Shown here piece by piece: positions 18,569 through 28,057 of a DNA stretch of 56,196 bases. This stretch comes from Anaerolineae bacterium. Its GTDB lineage: Bacteria; Chloroflexota; Anaerolineae; JAKLPW01. The DNA lies in assembly GCA_022013675.1 (NCBI GenBank), contig JAKLPW010000276.1:1-56196 (forward strand), in the 5' to 3' direction. The notes under the pieces were generated by a model. It searched no databases. It saw only the letters and a program-made list of their open reading frames with translations, and was not told where the DNA came from. Every line of letters starts with the position of its first letter. Within the stretch, counting starts at the first letter, position 1. The translations under genes were made by a program, and so were the position numbers.

Positions 18569-20107
18569 ATGGCGAGGGAGATAACAGATAACATTGATGC
18601 ATTGATTGACGTGCTCCCAGTCACTATAGCCGTTTCATTGCGTGAGGCAGATCGTTTCGAGGATTTGCTGGAGGTTGTTCTTGACTTGGGTCGCTTACCG
18701 GAGGCCCGTTTCACTGACCGTGAGTATGCTCTGGGCCCTGATGAGGTCACTCAGGAGGAGATTGACTACGTAGTTTCCCGTATCGGGAGCTTCGGTGATG
18801 ACAATCGGGCTGGCATCGAGCGTACTTTGCATCGTATATCGGTTATTCGCAACCGCAAGGGTCGTGCCGTGGGCCTCACCTGTCGTGTCGGACGTGCCGT
18901 TTACGGAACCATAGATATCATCCATGACATTGTAGAATCTGGTCAGAGTATCCTTCTGTTGGGACGACCGGGCGTGGGTAAAACAACCATGTTGCGGGAA
19001 GTTGCGCGCGTGTTGGCAGAACACAAGCGAGTGGTTATCGTGGATACTTCAAATGAGATCGGGGGGGACGGTGATATTCCTCATCCCGCCATCGGAAGAT
19101 CTCGTCGGATGCAAGTGGTGACCCCTTCCGCGCAACACGCAGTGATGATTGAGGCGATCGAGAACCATATGCCGGAAGTAATCGTCATTGACGAGATCGG
19201 TACAGAACTGGAAGCGGCTGCGGCCCGGACCATCGCGGAGAGAGGTGTGCAGCTCGTTGGCACGGCTCATGGCAACACGCTGGACAACCTGATGATGAAC
19301 CCTACTCTTTGTGACCTTGTGGGCGGTATCCAGACCGTGACTCTGAGCGATGAGGAGGCTCGGCGTAGGGGCACCCAAAAGTCAGTGCTGGAGCGAAAGG
19401 CTCCCCCCACTTTCGATGTTGTGGTGGAGATCCAGAACTGGAATCAGGTGGCGGCGAGACTTGATGTGGCCATGGATGTGGATGCTATTTTGCGTGGGCG
19501 GGCCATGTCCGCGGAGATACGATATCGTGATTCGTCGGGCAAAGTCATTGTACAAAAGGAGAAAAAGAGGGCAGATACTGACGAGAGCAGAGGGAAGGCT
19601 CTCGCAAAGAAGCGGGTGCCTGCCAATTCAGACATCTTTCGGACGCTGCGAGTGTACCCCTATGGGGCCAGCCAGAGCGGGCTGCGAAGGGCTGGTAGAA
19701 ACCTGAACCTCCCGGTGATCATAGTGGATAACCTGGGCGAGGCAGATATGCTTTTCACGTTGCGTAGCTACTACCAGAAGCGCCCCACTGTCATCAGCGA
19801 TGCGGAGCGTCGGGGAGTGCCGGTATATGTCCTGCGCAGCAACACGGTCCAATCCATGGAAACGTATCTGGCCGATATCTTTGGCTTGGATGTGGAGATG
19901 GACCCTGTGGCTCATGCCATGAAGGAGGCCCAGGAGGCTATCGAGAAGATACTATCAGGTGAGAGAGGTTCGGTAGAGCTATCAGCTCAGAATGCTTATG
20001 TCCGTCGACAGCAGCATGAGTTGGCCAGGGCTGCGGATCTGGTTTCTCGTAGCAAGGGTAAAGAGCCGCGTCGGTGCGTTCGGATTTATGAGAACAAAGG
20101 ATTATGA
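18569..20107 (+). CDS. Ycf45/SpoIIIAA-like AAA ATPase with C-terminal R3H domain
   Basis: Motifs GRPGVGKT, VDTSNEIGGDGD and VIDEIG; C-terminal RRQQH...SKGKEPRR. Confidence 0.88.
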   Translation: MAREITDNIDALIDVLPVTIAVSLREADRFEDLLEVVLDLGRLPEARFTDREYALGPDEVTQEEIDYVVSRIGSFGDDNRAGIERTLHRISVIRNRKGRAVGLTCRVGRAVYGTIDIIHDIVESGQSILLLGRPGVGKTTMLREVARVLAEHKRVVIVDTSNEIGGDGDIPHPAIGRSRRMQVVTPSAQHAVMIEAIENHMPEVIVIDEIGTELEAAAARTIAERGVQLVGTAHGNTLDNLMMNPTLCDLVGGIQTVTLSDEEARRRGTQKSVLERKAPPTFDVVVEIQNWNQVAARLDVAMDVDAILRGRAMSAEIRYRDSSGKVIVQKEKKRADTDESRGKALAKKRVPANSDIFRTLRVYPYGASQSGLRRAGRNLNLPVIIVDNLGEADMLFTLRSYYQKRPTVISDAERRGVPVYVLRSNTVQSMETYLADIFGLDVEMDPVAHAMKEAQEAIEKILSGERGSVELSAQNAYVRRQQHELARAADLVSRSKGKEPRRCVRIYENKGL

Positions 20108-20751
20108 GTTTGCTTATAACACTTGAGGGGCCGGACGGAAGCGGAAAGTCTACGCAGATCCAGTTATTGTATCGGTGTCTGGAGGAACAAGGCCACTCGG
20201 TGCTACTCAGCAGGGAACCGGGAGGCACTCCTATCGGAGAGCAGATACGAGCGGTGCTTCACGACGTCAGAAACACTGCGATGCTGCCTAACACGGAAAT
20301 CCTCCTTTACTCGGCTTCTCGTGCACAACATGTTGGTCAAGTCATTAGGCCCGCTCTGGAGAGAGGCGAAATGGTACTCTGTGATCGATATGCAGAATCC
20401 ACAATGGCGTACCAGGGGTGGGGTCATGGTTTGGACATCGAATTGCTGCGCACTATCACGGTTTTCGCTACGGGGGGGCTGAGGCCAGATCTAATCATCT
20501 ACTTGGATATTAATGTTGTAGAAGGGCTTCGACGGAAACTAGACGCTTTCGAGTCGGGTACGGCAGAATGGAACCGAATGGATCAGAAAGCACAGGCTTT
20601 CCATGAGCGGGTAAGGCGGGGTTACCTCATGATGGCCTCGCAAGAGCCAGAAAAATGGCTAGTCTTGGATGGAACCCGCTCGATAGCCGACATTCACCAG
20701 AAGATCGTTGACCGGGTGAGGCTTCTTTTAGCAGGGAACAGGAGGGACTGA
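20104..20751 (+). CDS. tmk: Thymidylate kinase
   Basis: Motifs EGPDGSGKSTQ, REPGG, CDRY..ST.AYQG and RVRRGY. Confidence 0.96.
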   Translation: MSLLITLEGPDGSGKSTQIQLLYRCLEEQGHSVLLSREPGGTPIGEQIRAVLHDVRNTAMLPNTEILLYSASRAQHVGQVIRPALERGEMVLCDRYAESTMAYQGWGHGLDIELLRTITVFATGGLRPDLIIYLDINVVEGLRRKLDAFESGTAEWNRMDQKAQAFHERVRRGYLMMASQEPEKWLVLDGTRSIADIHQKIVDRVRLLLAGNRRD

Positions 20752-21080
20752 TGAAGCTAATCGTGAGTATCGTTCATAGGGATGACGCTGATCAGTTACT
20801 GAGGGCGCTGCAGCGAGAAGGGTATCAATCCACCAAAATCAGCACAACCGGGGGTTTTCTAAGAGCAGGCAATAGTACTATCCTAATCGGTACGGAAGAG
20901 AGCCTTCTAGAGGGAGCGCTCAAAACGATTAGAGAGAACTGTCATGTCCGAACAGAGTACGTGAATCCGCTGCCGCCCGTAATGGAACCGGGAGAGTTGT
21001 ATATTCCAAGACCTGTGGAAGTGCAGGTCGGTGGAGCCACGGTCTTTGTGATGGATGTGGATCGGTGGGAGAAGTTCTAG
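20751..21080 (+). CDS. darA: PII-like cyclic-di-AMP receptor (DarA/PstA/YaaQ family)
   Basis: Motifs MKLIVSIV, STTGGFLRAGNST and VGGATVFV; lies downstream of tmk. Confidence 0.9.
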   Translation: MKLIVSIVHRDDADQLLRALQREGYQSTKISTTGGFLRAGNSTILIGTEESLLEGALKTIRENCHVRTEYVNPLPPVMEPGELYIPRPVEVQVGGATVFVMDVDRWEKF

Positions 21081-21112
21081 GAATTGAAGGGACGAATCTC
21101 CTGCCCCAAGGT

Positions 21113-21493
21113 TCACAGATCCTCTGGGGGAATGTCTAGCTCAGGCATGGTGGACTCAATTTCCTCGGGTGTTTGGCCTGCTTCGAGGCGATCAGCTACC
21201 TCCGCAAACTCCGCGCTCAGATGTTCTCCCATTTCAGCGCTCATGCGCCGCATCCAGTGGCCAATAGTGCGAGGATTGTTTTCATCTATGTCCGATAATG
21301 TGCTCATGTCTGCCAACGATTCCAGTCTGGCCTCTTCTGATCGCACCACAGCAACACGGGAAATGAGCCTGCGCAGGTCTTGACTCCCACAGTGGGGGCA
21401 CCGAGGGGTTGTCATCTGCATCTTGGAGATACTCCTGACAAGAATCGATATTTGCTCGTGGCACGCGCTGCAGCGATACTCATAGATGGGCAT
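21113..21493 (-). CDS. FmdB-family zinc-ribbon protein
   Basis: MPIYEYRCSAC...CPHCGS..LRRLISR. Confidence 0.85.
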   Translation of the reverse strand: MPIYEYRCSACHEQISILVRSISKMQMTTPRCPHCGSQDLRRLISRVAVVRSEEARLESLADMSTLSDIDENNPRTIGHWMRRMSAEMGEHLSAEFAEVADRLEAGQTPEEIESTMPELDIPPEDL

Positions 21494-21595
21494 TTTGGTT
21501 ATCCTCCTCATCAGTGACAGATAGCATTATAGCCCGGAATGGAATGATGATCAAACTTGCGACATCGATCGTTTGTGCAACGAGGAGAGTGGTCT

Positions 21596-22216
21596 ATGAC
21601 CGAAGATCCATATGAACGAAAGGTCAATCCATTATTAGTGGTGATATCGGGGGCTTCCGCAGTTGGAAAAGATGCGGTGATCCGGCGTATGGAGGAGCTC
21701 GGTCACCCGTTTTGTTTTGTGGTGACTGCTACTACTCGAAATCGGCGCGAGGGAGAGATTGATGGTAGAGACTATTTATTCTTGACCGAGTACGAGTTCC
21801 TGCGCATGATCAAGCAGAACGAGTTCTTGGAACATGCCCTCGTATATGGACACTATAAGGGTATTCCTAAGCTGCATGTCAGGGATGCCTTAGCAGGTGG
21901 GCAGGATGTCGTAATGCGGGTGGATGTTCAAGGTGCGGCTACTATACGACATCTTGTGCCGCAGGCCGTGCTCATTTTCCTGACAACTTTCTCCGAGGAA
22001 GAACTCATCGGTAGATTGAAGACGAGAGGTACTGAATCCATGGAAGAGCTGTCTCTACGCATGAAGATGATACGCGAGGAGATGAAGAGGCGGGATGAGT
22101 TCGACTACATCGTGGTTAATGCGAATGGTATGCTGGATGATGCCGTCGAGGAGATCGTTTGCATCATTCGCGCCGAGAAATGCCGTGTTCACCAGCGTCC
22201 CGAGGTGGAGTTATAA
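21596..22216 (+). CDS. gmk: Guanylate kinase
   Basis: Motifs SGASAVGKD, TTR..REGEIDGRDY.F, LEHA.VYG.Y.G and DVQGA. Confidence 0.95.
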   Translation: MTEDPYERKVNPLLVVISGASAVGKDAVIRRMEELGHPFCFVVTATTRNRREGEIDGRDYLFLTEYEFLRMIKQNEFLEHALVYGHYKGIPKLHVRDALAGGQDVVMRVDVQGAATIRHLVPQAVLIFLTTFSEEELIGRLKTRGTESMEELSLRMKMIREEMKRRDEFDYIVVNANGMLDDAVEEIVCIIRAEKCRVHQRPEVEL

Positions 22217-22320
22217 GCACCGGTAGTAATCGAGTGAATATGGCGAAGGTGTTTGTGCCAGAGTTAGGTGCTGAAGAGCGATTTTGAACTGGAAGCACGT
22301 GCTTGCGCAGGAGGTGCGTA

Positions 22321-23151
22321 ATGGTTGGCGGTGGCCGCATTCGCCGTTCTGTGATTGCTGGAAGTTGGTACCCGGGAACGGTTGATGTACTAGAGGGTAC
22401 AATAACACGCTACCTGGGCAATGTTGAACCGATGGGGTTGACGGGAGAACTGCTGGGTCTCATCGTTCCCCACGCCGGCTATGTCTACTCGGGGCAGGTG
22501 GCGGCTCATGCCTATAGGCAACTTGAAGGCATTTCTTTTGATCGCGTGGTGGTTGTTTCTCCTGTTCATCGGATGTTTGTAGGGCAGTATGGGGTAGTCG
22601 ACGCAGACTACTACGAAACCCCCCTTGGTTTGGTGGAGATCGACGCGCTGTGGGTGGATGCCTTGGCCGGCATGGTGACTGTGAATCAAGTATTGCGGGA
22701 CAGCGAGCATTCGCTAGAGATTCAACTTCCATTCCTTCAGCATATGCTGGGGGAGTTCAAACTCCTGCCGATCATGATGGGGGATCAGTCACTGGAGAGT
22801 TGTCGCATATTGGCGGAAGCTCTGGTGAGGGTCATGGGCGACGAACGAGCACTACTTGTGGCCAGTACTGATTTATCGCATTTCTATCGATATTCAATGG
22901 CCTTACAACTCGACGGTGTGGTTCAGAAGCACGTGCAGGAGTTCGACCCGGAGGGATTGGCTAGCGCCCTGGCAGCCCACAGATGTGAGGCTTGTGGGGG
23001 CGGCCCCATGGTGACGGTGATGCTGGCAGCTCGTTCAATGGGAGATAGCAAGGCCGTCGTGTTGAAGTACGCCAACTCTGGCGATGTGACCGGAGATCAT
23101 TCTCAGGTGGTGGGTTACTTGGCTGCTGCGATATGCAGGAGTTCTGGATGA
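22321..23151 (+). CDS. AmmeMemoRadiSam protein B (MEMO1 family)
   Basis: Motifs AGSWYP, PHAGYVYSG, EHSLEIQLPFLQ, ASTDLSH, ACGGGP and NSGD. Confidence 0.92.
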   Translation: MVGGGRIRRSVIAGSWYPGTVDVLEGTITRYLGNVEPMGLTGELLGLIVPHAGYVYSGQVAAHAYRQLEGISFDRVVVVSPVHRMFVGQYGVVDADYYETPLGLVEIDALWVDALAGMVTVNQVLRDSEHSLEIQLPFLQHMLGEFKLLPIMMGDQSLESCRILAEALVRVMGDERALLVASTDLSHFYRYSMALQLDGVVQKHVQEFDPEGLASALAAHRCEACGGGPMVTVMLAARSMGDSKAVVLKYANSGDVTGDHSQVVGYLAAAICRSSG

Positions 23152-23235
23152 GCCTGGGTTGTCATACTCGTTCTCAAGCCTCATCCTGAGGCCTCGTCCT
23201 GAGGCCTCAGCGCGGGTTCTCGGTAACGGGTAGGA

Positions 23236-25854
23236 TTGCCTACTCGGGAGGACGGTTTTGTGTCTGTCCAATGGGCTGATGAGTCGTGTCGAGAGAAAAG
23301 GTTTGCAGAAGTCGTCGTCAGGACGCCGCTGGGACGTAAGCTTACTTCCCAGCGGTCGGACGACGCAATCCAGAGCGAGGACTTGCTGCATCGGACATTT
23401 CATTATTTGATTCCGGTATCCTTGCGCGCTCAGGTATCTGTGGGACATCTTGTGTGGGTACCGTTTGGTACGCGCCATTTGCAGGGTGTAGTGGTAGGCC
23501 TGAGCGATGTCTCACCGGTGGCGGAAACCAAGGAGATAGCGCAGCTCCTTTTCCCCTATCCGCTTCTATCGCCAGAACGGATTAAGCTTGCTTACTGGAT
23601 GAGTGAGCGGTATCTTGCCCCTCTACATCAAACGATATGGTTGATGCTTCCTGCTGGTTTAGGGCAGGAGACGGAGACTTGTGTCGAGATAGCCGAGGCG
23701 GCCCACCTGCATGGTGATTGTACACCAGAGCAGCGCAAAGTATTAGAGTTCCTCTCGACACGGGGGCGAGTCACTACTCATCAGTTGGCGCGAGGTGTCG
23801 GTATTTCGAATTGGCGGGCGGTTTTAGCTGGTCTCGTCCGCAGGGGGATGGCGCGGACGTGGCAAGAGATTAAACCACCGCGGGTTCGCCGCGAGGTTGA
23901 AGCCTTCGTTCGCCTGACTCAGTATCCTAACGAAGGAGTGTGGCGTGCTCTGAATCGAGCGCCCAAACAGCGAGCGGTAGTAGAGTATCTGGCCGAGCAG
24001 CCTGCTGGATCTTGGACTCCCGTGCGAATGCTTTCTGAGGCGGTGCTAGCAAGTAGTGCGATAGTCAATGCCTTACAGGCAAAAGGGTTCATCGAGAAGG
24101 ATCGAAGAGATGTCTGGCGGGACCCTCTGGCAGGACGGGAGTTCGTGGCTACGGAAGCACCGAGGTTGATGCCAGATCAGAATCTAGTATGGGAGAGGAT
24201 TCGGCGGGGTCTTGATGATGGAGGTGGAGTCTATCTACTGCACGGCGTGACCGGCAGTGGAAAGACGGAGATCTATCTGCGAGCATTGGGACACGTGTTG
24301 CAGCGCGGACAGGGGGGCATTATCCTGGTCCCGGAGATAGCTCTGACGCCGCAGACTATTAGGCGTTTTGCCGCCCGGTATCGGGATCATTTGGCTGTTC
24401 AACACAGCAAACTCTCCCCAGGAGAGAGGTATGATCAGTGGGAACGGGTGAGACAGGCATTGGCCGATGTGGTCATCGGTCCTCGTTCGGCCCTATTCGC
24501 ACCGGTGAACAACCTTGGGCTCATAGTGCTGGCTGAGGAACATGAATCATCGTACAAGCAAGAGAACGCTCCACGTTACCACGCGAGGGATGTGGCTGTC
24601 AAGCTGGGAGAGCTGACGGGCGCAACGGTAGTGCTAGGAAGCGCGACACCAGCGCTGGAGTCCTACTATCGCGCCCAGAGGGGAGAGTATTCTGTTCTAA
24701 GGCTTCCCAGGCGCATTATGGGACATCGCAAACGGGTGGAAGCACAGGTGATGCGACATGGCATTGGTCGAGAACGTACGCGGGTTAAGGGGGTGGGCGT
24801 TGGATACGAGGACGCCGTGTACATGGAACTCCCGACTGTGCAGATCGTAGATCTGCGCCAGGAACTGCGTGCGGGCAATCATAGCATATTCAGTCGAGCA
24901 CTCCAACGTGCGATGCAGATGGCTCTTGATTCGCAACAACAGATCATCTTGTTCTTGAACCGGAGAGGGTCGGCGACATTTGTTATGTGCCGTGATTGCG
25001 GGAATGTGATCAAGTGCACACGGTGCGAAGTTCCTATGACCTATCATGGGGCGCGGGAGCAATTGATATGCCATCACTGCAACTGTCGTGCGCCGGTGCC
25101 AGGCACATGTCCCGAGTGCGCGAGCAAAAGAGTTAAGTTTTTTGGCGTAGGCACTCAGCGAGTGGAAAAGGCTGTTGGGGATCTGTTTCCTGATGCACGG
25201 ATTCTGCGATGGGATCGGGACGTCACGGGGCACAAAGGAGCCCACGAAGACCTCTTGCAGGCCTTTATTCATCATGAAGCGGATATTCTGATCGGTACCC
25301 AGATGATTGCGAAGGGATTGGATCTGCCTCTGGTTACTCTGGTGGGCGTTATCACTGCCGACACGGTGTTGAACCTTCCAGATTTTCGTGCTGGCGAGCG
25401 GACCTTCCAACTTCTAACTCAAGTTGCAGGTCGGGCAGGGCGGAGCATCCTGGGGGGTAAGGTCATCATTCAAAGCTACACACCCCAGCACTATGCGATC
25501 CAGGCAGCTAGTCAGCATGACTATGAGGCTTTCTACCGGCGTGAGATCGCGTTTCGCCGTGAGCAATGGTATCCTCCCCTTAGTCAACTCGTGAAGCTGG
25601 TCTATCTGGATAATAATCGCGTCAAGTGTCAGGATGAGACTCTGAGAGTGCATCGCATGTTGAGTAATCGAATTGAGCGGCTCGGTATGCCGGAAGTGGA
25701 GCTCATTGGCCCGGCACCGTGCTTCTTCGGGCGCACGAGAGGAAAATACCGGTGGCAGATCATAGTGCGTGGGGCAGAGCCTGGCAGGGTCGTTTCCGGT
25801 CTTTCGCTGATGCCAGGATGGCGGGTAGATGTGGATCCTGTAAGTGTGTTATAA
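23236..25854 (+). CDS. priA: Primosomal protein N' (replication restart helicase); start uncertain
   Basis: Motifs GVTGSGKTE, LVPEI, SATP, LNRRG, four CxxC pairs, GTQMIAKGLD, QVAGRAGR and DVDP. Confidence 0.96.
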   Translation: MPTREDGFVSVQWADESCREKRFAEVVVRTPLGRKLTSQRSDDAIQSEDLLHRTFHYLIPVSLRAQVSVGHLVWVPFGTRHLQGVVVGLSDVSPVAETKEIAQLLFPYPLLSPERIKLAYWMSERYLAPLHQTIWLMLPAGLGQETETCVEIAEAAHLHGDCTPEQRKVLEFLSTRGRVTTHQLARGVGISNWRAVLAGLVRRGMARTWQEIKPPRVRREVEAFVRLTQYPNEGVWRALNRAPKQRAVVEYLAEQPAGSWTPVRMLSEAVLASSAIVNALQAKGFIEKDRRDVWRDPLAGREFVATEAPRLMPDQNLVWERIRRGLDDGGGVYLLHGVTGSGKTEIYLRALGHVLQRGQGGIILVPEIALTPQTIRRFAARYRDHLAVQHSKLSPGERYDQWERVRQALADVVIGPRSALFAPVNNLGLIVLAEEHESSYKQENAPRYHARDVAVKLGELTGATVVLGSATPALESYYRAQRGEYSVLRLPRRIMGHRKRVEAQVMRHGIGRERTRVKGVGVGYEDAVYMELPTVQIVDLRQELRAGNHSIFSRALQRAMQMALDSQQQIILFLNRRGSATFVMCRDCGNVIKCTRCEVPMTYHGAREQLICHHCNCRAPVPGTCPECASKRVKFFGVGTQRVEKAVGDLFPDARILRWDRDVTGHKGAHEDLLQAFIHHEADILIGTQMIAKGLDLPLVTLVGVITADTVLNLPDFRAGERTFQLLTQVAGRAGRSILGGKVIIQSYTPQHYAIQAASQHDYEAFYRREIAFRREQWYPPLSQLVKLVYLDNNRVKCQDETLRVHRMLSNRIERLGMPEVELIGPAPCFFGRTRGKYRWQIIVRGAEPGRVVSGLSLMPGWRVDVDPVSVL

Positions 25855-25878
25855 GCGTGTGCTATAAGCAAGATAAAA

Positions 25879-25934
25879 AGAGCACGGATCCGAGTTTTGT
25901 GGCCTACAGGGCCAACAAGAATCCGTGCTCTCTT
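25879..25934. terminator. Stem-loop between convergent priA and oppC
   Basis: Inverted repeat gagcacggat...atccgtgctc, with an A-run on the left (U-tract on the minus strand). Confidence 0.65.
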
Positions 25935-25952
25935 GACTATTAACGCTTGTTG

Positions 25953-26996
25953 CTACTGAGATCCTTTCATTCGAGGATCGAGGGCGTCTCGCAGTCCGTC
26001 GCCTAGGAAATTGAAGGCGAACATGGTAAGTGCCAGAGCAATGGCTGGGAAGAGCACCAGATGTGGGTAAGATCGCATGGCTCTCGACCCATCTGAAATC
26101 ATAGCGCCCCAACTAGGGGTTGGCGGGTCTACTCCTAGACCTATGAAGCTCAGGAAAACCTCAGTCGTGATGTATCCTGGGATATACAGCGTGACTGTCA
26201 CAATCAGAGGGCCAAGAATGTTGGGAAGTATGTGGCGCGTGATTACGCGCATGTCTCGGGCTCCGATCATGTGCGAGGCCTCGACGAACTCTTTTTCTTT
26301 AAGGGAGAGTATTTGTCCTCTGGTGAGGCGTGCTATCCCCATCCATGCAGTGATTCCGATGCCCATGAAAATGAAAAGCATGCCGCCCCCTTCCAAGCCC
26401 AGTAGACCGTCCACGAAGTGGTTTACCTGGTTGAAGGTGTAGGCAACCGAGCCTGGCTGCTGCGCACTGCCGAAGCTGCTCTTGAAGAAGGCCATGAGCA
26501 GGATGATGAGCAGCATCGTTGGAAAAGCATACATGATGTCGACGATGCGCATCATGGTATTATCTACCTTGCCTCCATAGTAACCGGAGATAGACCCATA
26601 GATCAGGCCGATAAACAGCGCTGTTAAGGCGCCAACGAACCCTACAGGCAATGAGACTCGTGCCCCGTAGACGATGCGGCTAAACAGGTCCCTACCCAGG
26701 AAATCGGCTCCCAGGAGGAACTTGTTTGAAATGGTGGCGTAGGCCTCGACGTTTCCAGGCAGGAGAGGCGCTAGCCAAGTTGGGATTGTGTAGTTCTCGA
26801 CGGAGTCGCCTTCAGCGTAGTGCATGGGAGTGATCTGAGGGGCAAATACCGCTGCCAATATGAGCACGATGATGATAACGCCACCCATAATGGCGGCCTT
26901 GTTTTTTATCAAGCGGCGCCAGGCGTCCAGCCAGAGGTTCGCTACTCGTTGTTCTCTCTGTAGCATACGCGCCTGAGCACGTTCTTGTATTGTCAT
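25953..26996 (-). CDS. oppC: Oligopeptide ABC transporter permease OppC
   Basis: N-terminal WRRLIKNKAA, LGAD.LGRDLFSR, EAA loop EFVEASHMIGA, PTPSWG and GDGLRDALDPR. Confidence 0.93.
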   Translation of the reverse strand: MTIQERAQARMLQREQRVANLWLDAWRRLIKNKAAIMGGVIIIVLILAAVFAPQITPMHYAEGDSVENYTIPTWLAPLLPGNVEAYATISNKFLLGADFLGRDLFSRIVYGARVSLPVGFVGALTALFIGLIYGSISGYYGGKVDNTMMRIVDIMYAFPTMLLIILLMAFFKSSFGSAQQPGSVAYTFNQVNHFVDGLLGLEGGGMLFIFMGIGITAWMGIARLTRGQILSLKEKEFVEASHMIGARDMRVITRHILPNILGPLIVTVTLYIPGYITTEVFLSFIGLGVDPPTPSWGAMISDGSRAMRSYPHLVLFPAIALALTMFAFNFLGDGLRDALDPRMKGSQ

Positions 26997-27040
26997 TTCA
27001 ATCCTCCTTCAATCGGTGATAGACCGCTGAGGTTGGTATT

Positions 27041-27988
27041 CTACGTGTACCGGATCCTGGGATCCAGGAAAGCATAAGTGATGTCCACTAGCAAGTTGGC
27101 TGCGACGAGGAAGACGGCATAGAGCAGGATGGCACCCATGACCACGGGATAGTCACGGTTCCCTATGCTGACGATGAAATATTTTCCTAGTCCTGGGATT
27201 GCAAAAATCTGTTCCACCACAAATGATCCCGTGGTAACGGCAGCGAATAGGGGCCCCAGAACGGTGGCTACGGGAATGAAGGCATTCTTCATGGCATGTT
27301 TGACCATGACAGCTCGTTCCGAGAGACCTTTGGCGCGCGCGGTGCGGATGTAGTCTTCGCGGATGACCTGCAACATTGAGGCGCGGGTCAGGCGAGCAAT
27401 AATGGCTGACGATGGGAGCCCTAATGCGATGGCGGGCATGATCACTTGGGAAGGCTTGCCCCAGCCTGCAACGGGAACCCATTGGAGAATCAATGCGAAT
27501 ATCCAGATCAGTAGGGGGCCCAGAACGATATTGGGTACGGATACCCCAAAGATGGCTAACCCCATTCCCAGGTAGTCATAGACGGTGTTTTGCTTGAGGG
27601 CGGCCAGTACTCCCAAAGGTACGCCTAGACCCACGGAGATAAGCAGTGCCCAAACCCCCAGATTTAAGGAAACTGGCAGGTGAGATGCGATGATGTCATT
27701 CACGGTTCGGCTGCGAGACGTGAACGAAGGGCCGAGCTGCCCTTGGAAGAGGCCACCGTACTCGCCGTTAGGTTTCCTGGTGACGCCTAGGTAGTCTGTA
27801 AACTGCTTCCAGAGGGGCTGATCGAGGCCGTAGTGCTTCTCCAGGTTGGCGATGATCTCGGCGGGAAGGGCCTTCTCTCGATCGAAGGGGCCACCCGGAA
27901 GAGCGTGTGCTAACGAGAAGGTCACCACAGCGATGAAGAAAAGTACCGGAATTGTCCAGAACAACCGTCTTGCGATGTAGCGTCCCAT
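27041..27988 (-). CDS. oppB: Oligopeptide ABC transporter permease OppB
   Basis: Motifs PGGPFD, LGPSF, EAA loop DYIRTARAKGL, VVEQIFAIPGLG, RDYPVV and LDPRI. ATG follows GGAGG. Confidence 0.94.
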   Translation of the reverse strand: MGRYIARRLFWTIPVLFFIAVVTFSLAHALPGGPFDREKALPAEIIANLEKHYGLDQPLWKQFTDYLGVTRKPNGEYGGLFQGQLGPSFTSRSRTVNDIIASHLPVSLNLGVWALLISVGLGVPLGVLAALKQNTVYDYLGMGLAIFGVSVPNIVLGPLLIWIFALILQWVPVAGWGKPSQVIMPAIALGLPSSAIIARLTRASMLQVIREDYIRTARAKGLSERAVMVKHAMKNAFIPVATVLGPLFAAVTTGSFVVEQIFAIPGLGKYFIVSIGNRDYPVVMGAILLYAVFLVAANLLVDITYAFLDPRIRYT

Positions 27989-28025
27989 GTCTTGCACCTC
28001 CTGACAGGCTATTGAATACGCTTGA

Positions 28026-28057
28026 ATTATAGCACTGACCTATCAACCGACTATCAA
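28026..28057 (-). promoter_or_regulatory. oppB promoter with tandem heptamer repeats (SARP-type operator geometry)
   Basis: Minus strand reads TTGATAG-TCGG-TTGATAG-GTCAGTGC-TATAAT. Confidence 0.6.
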
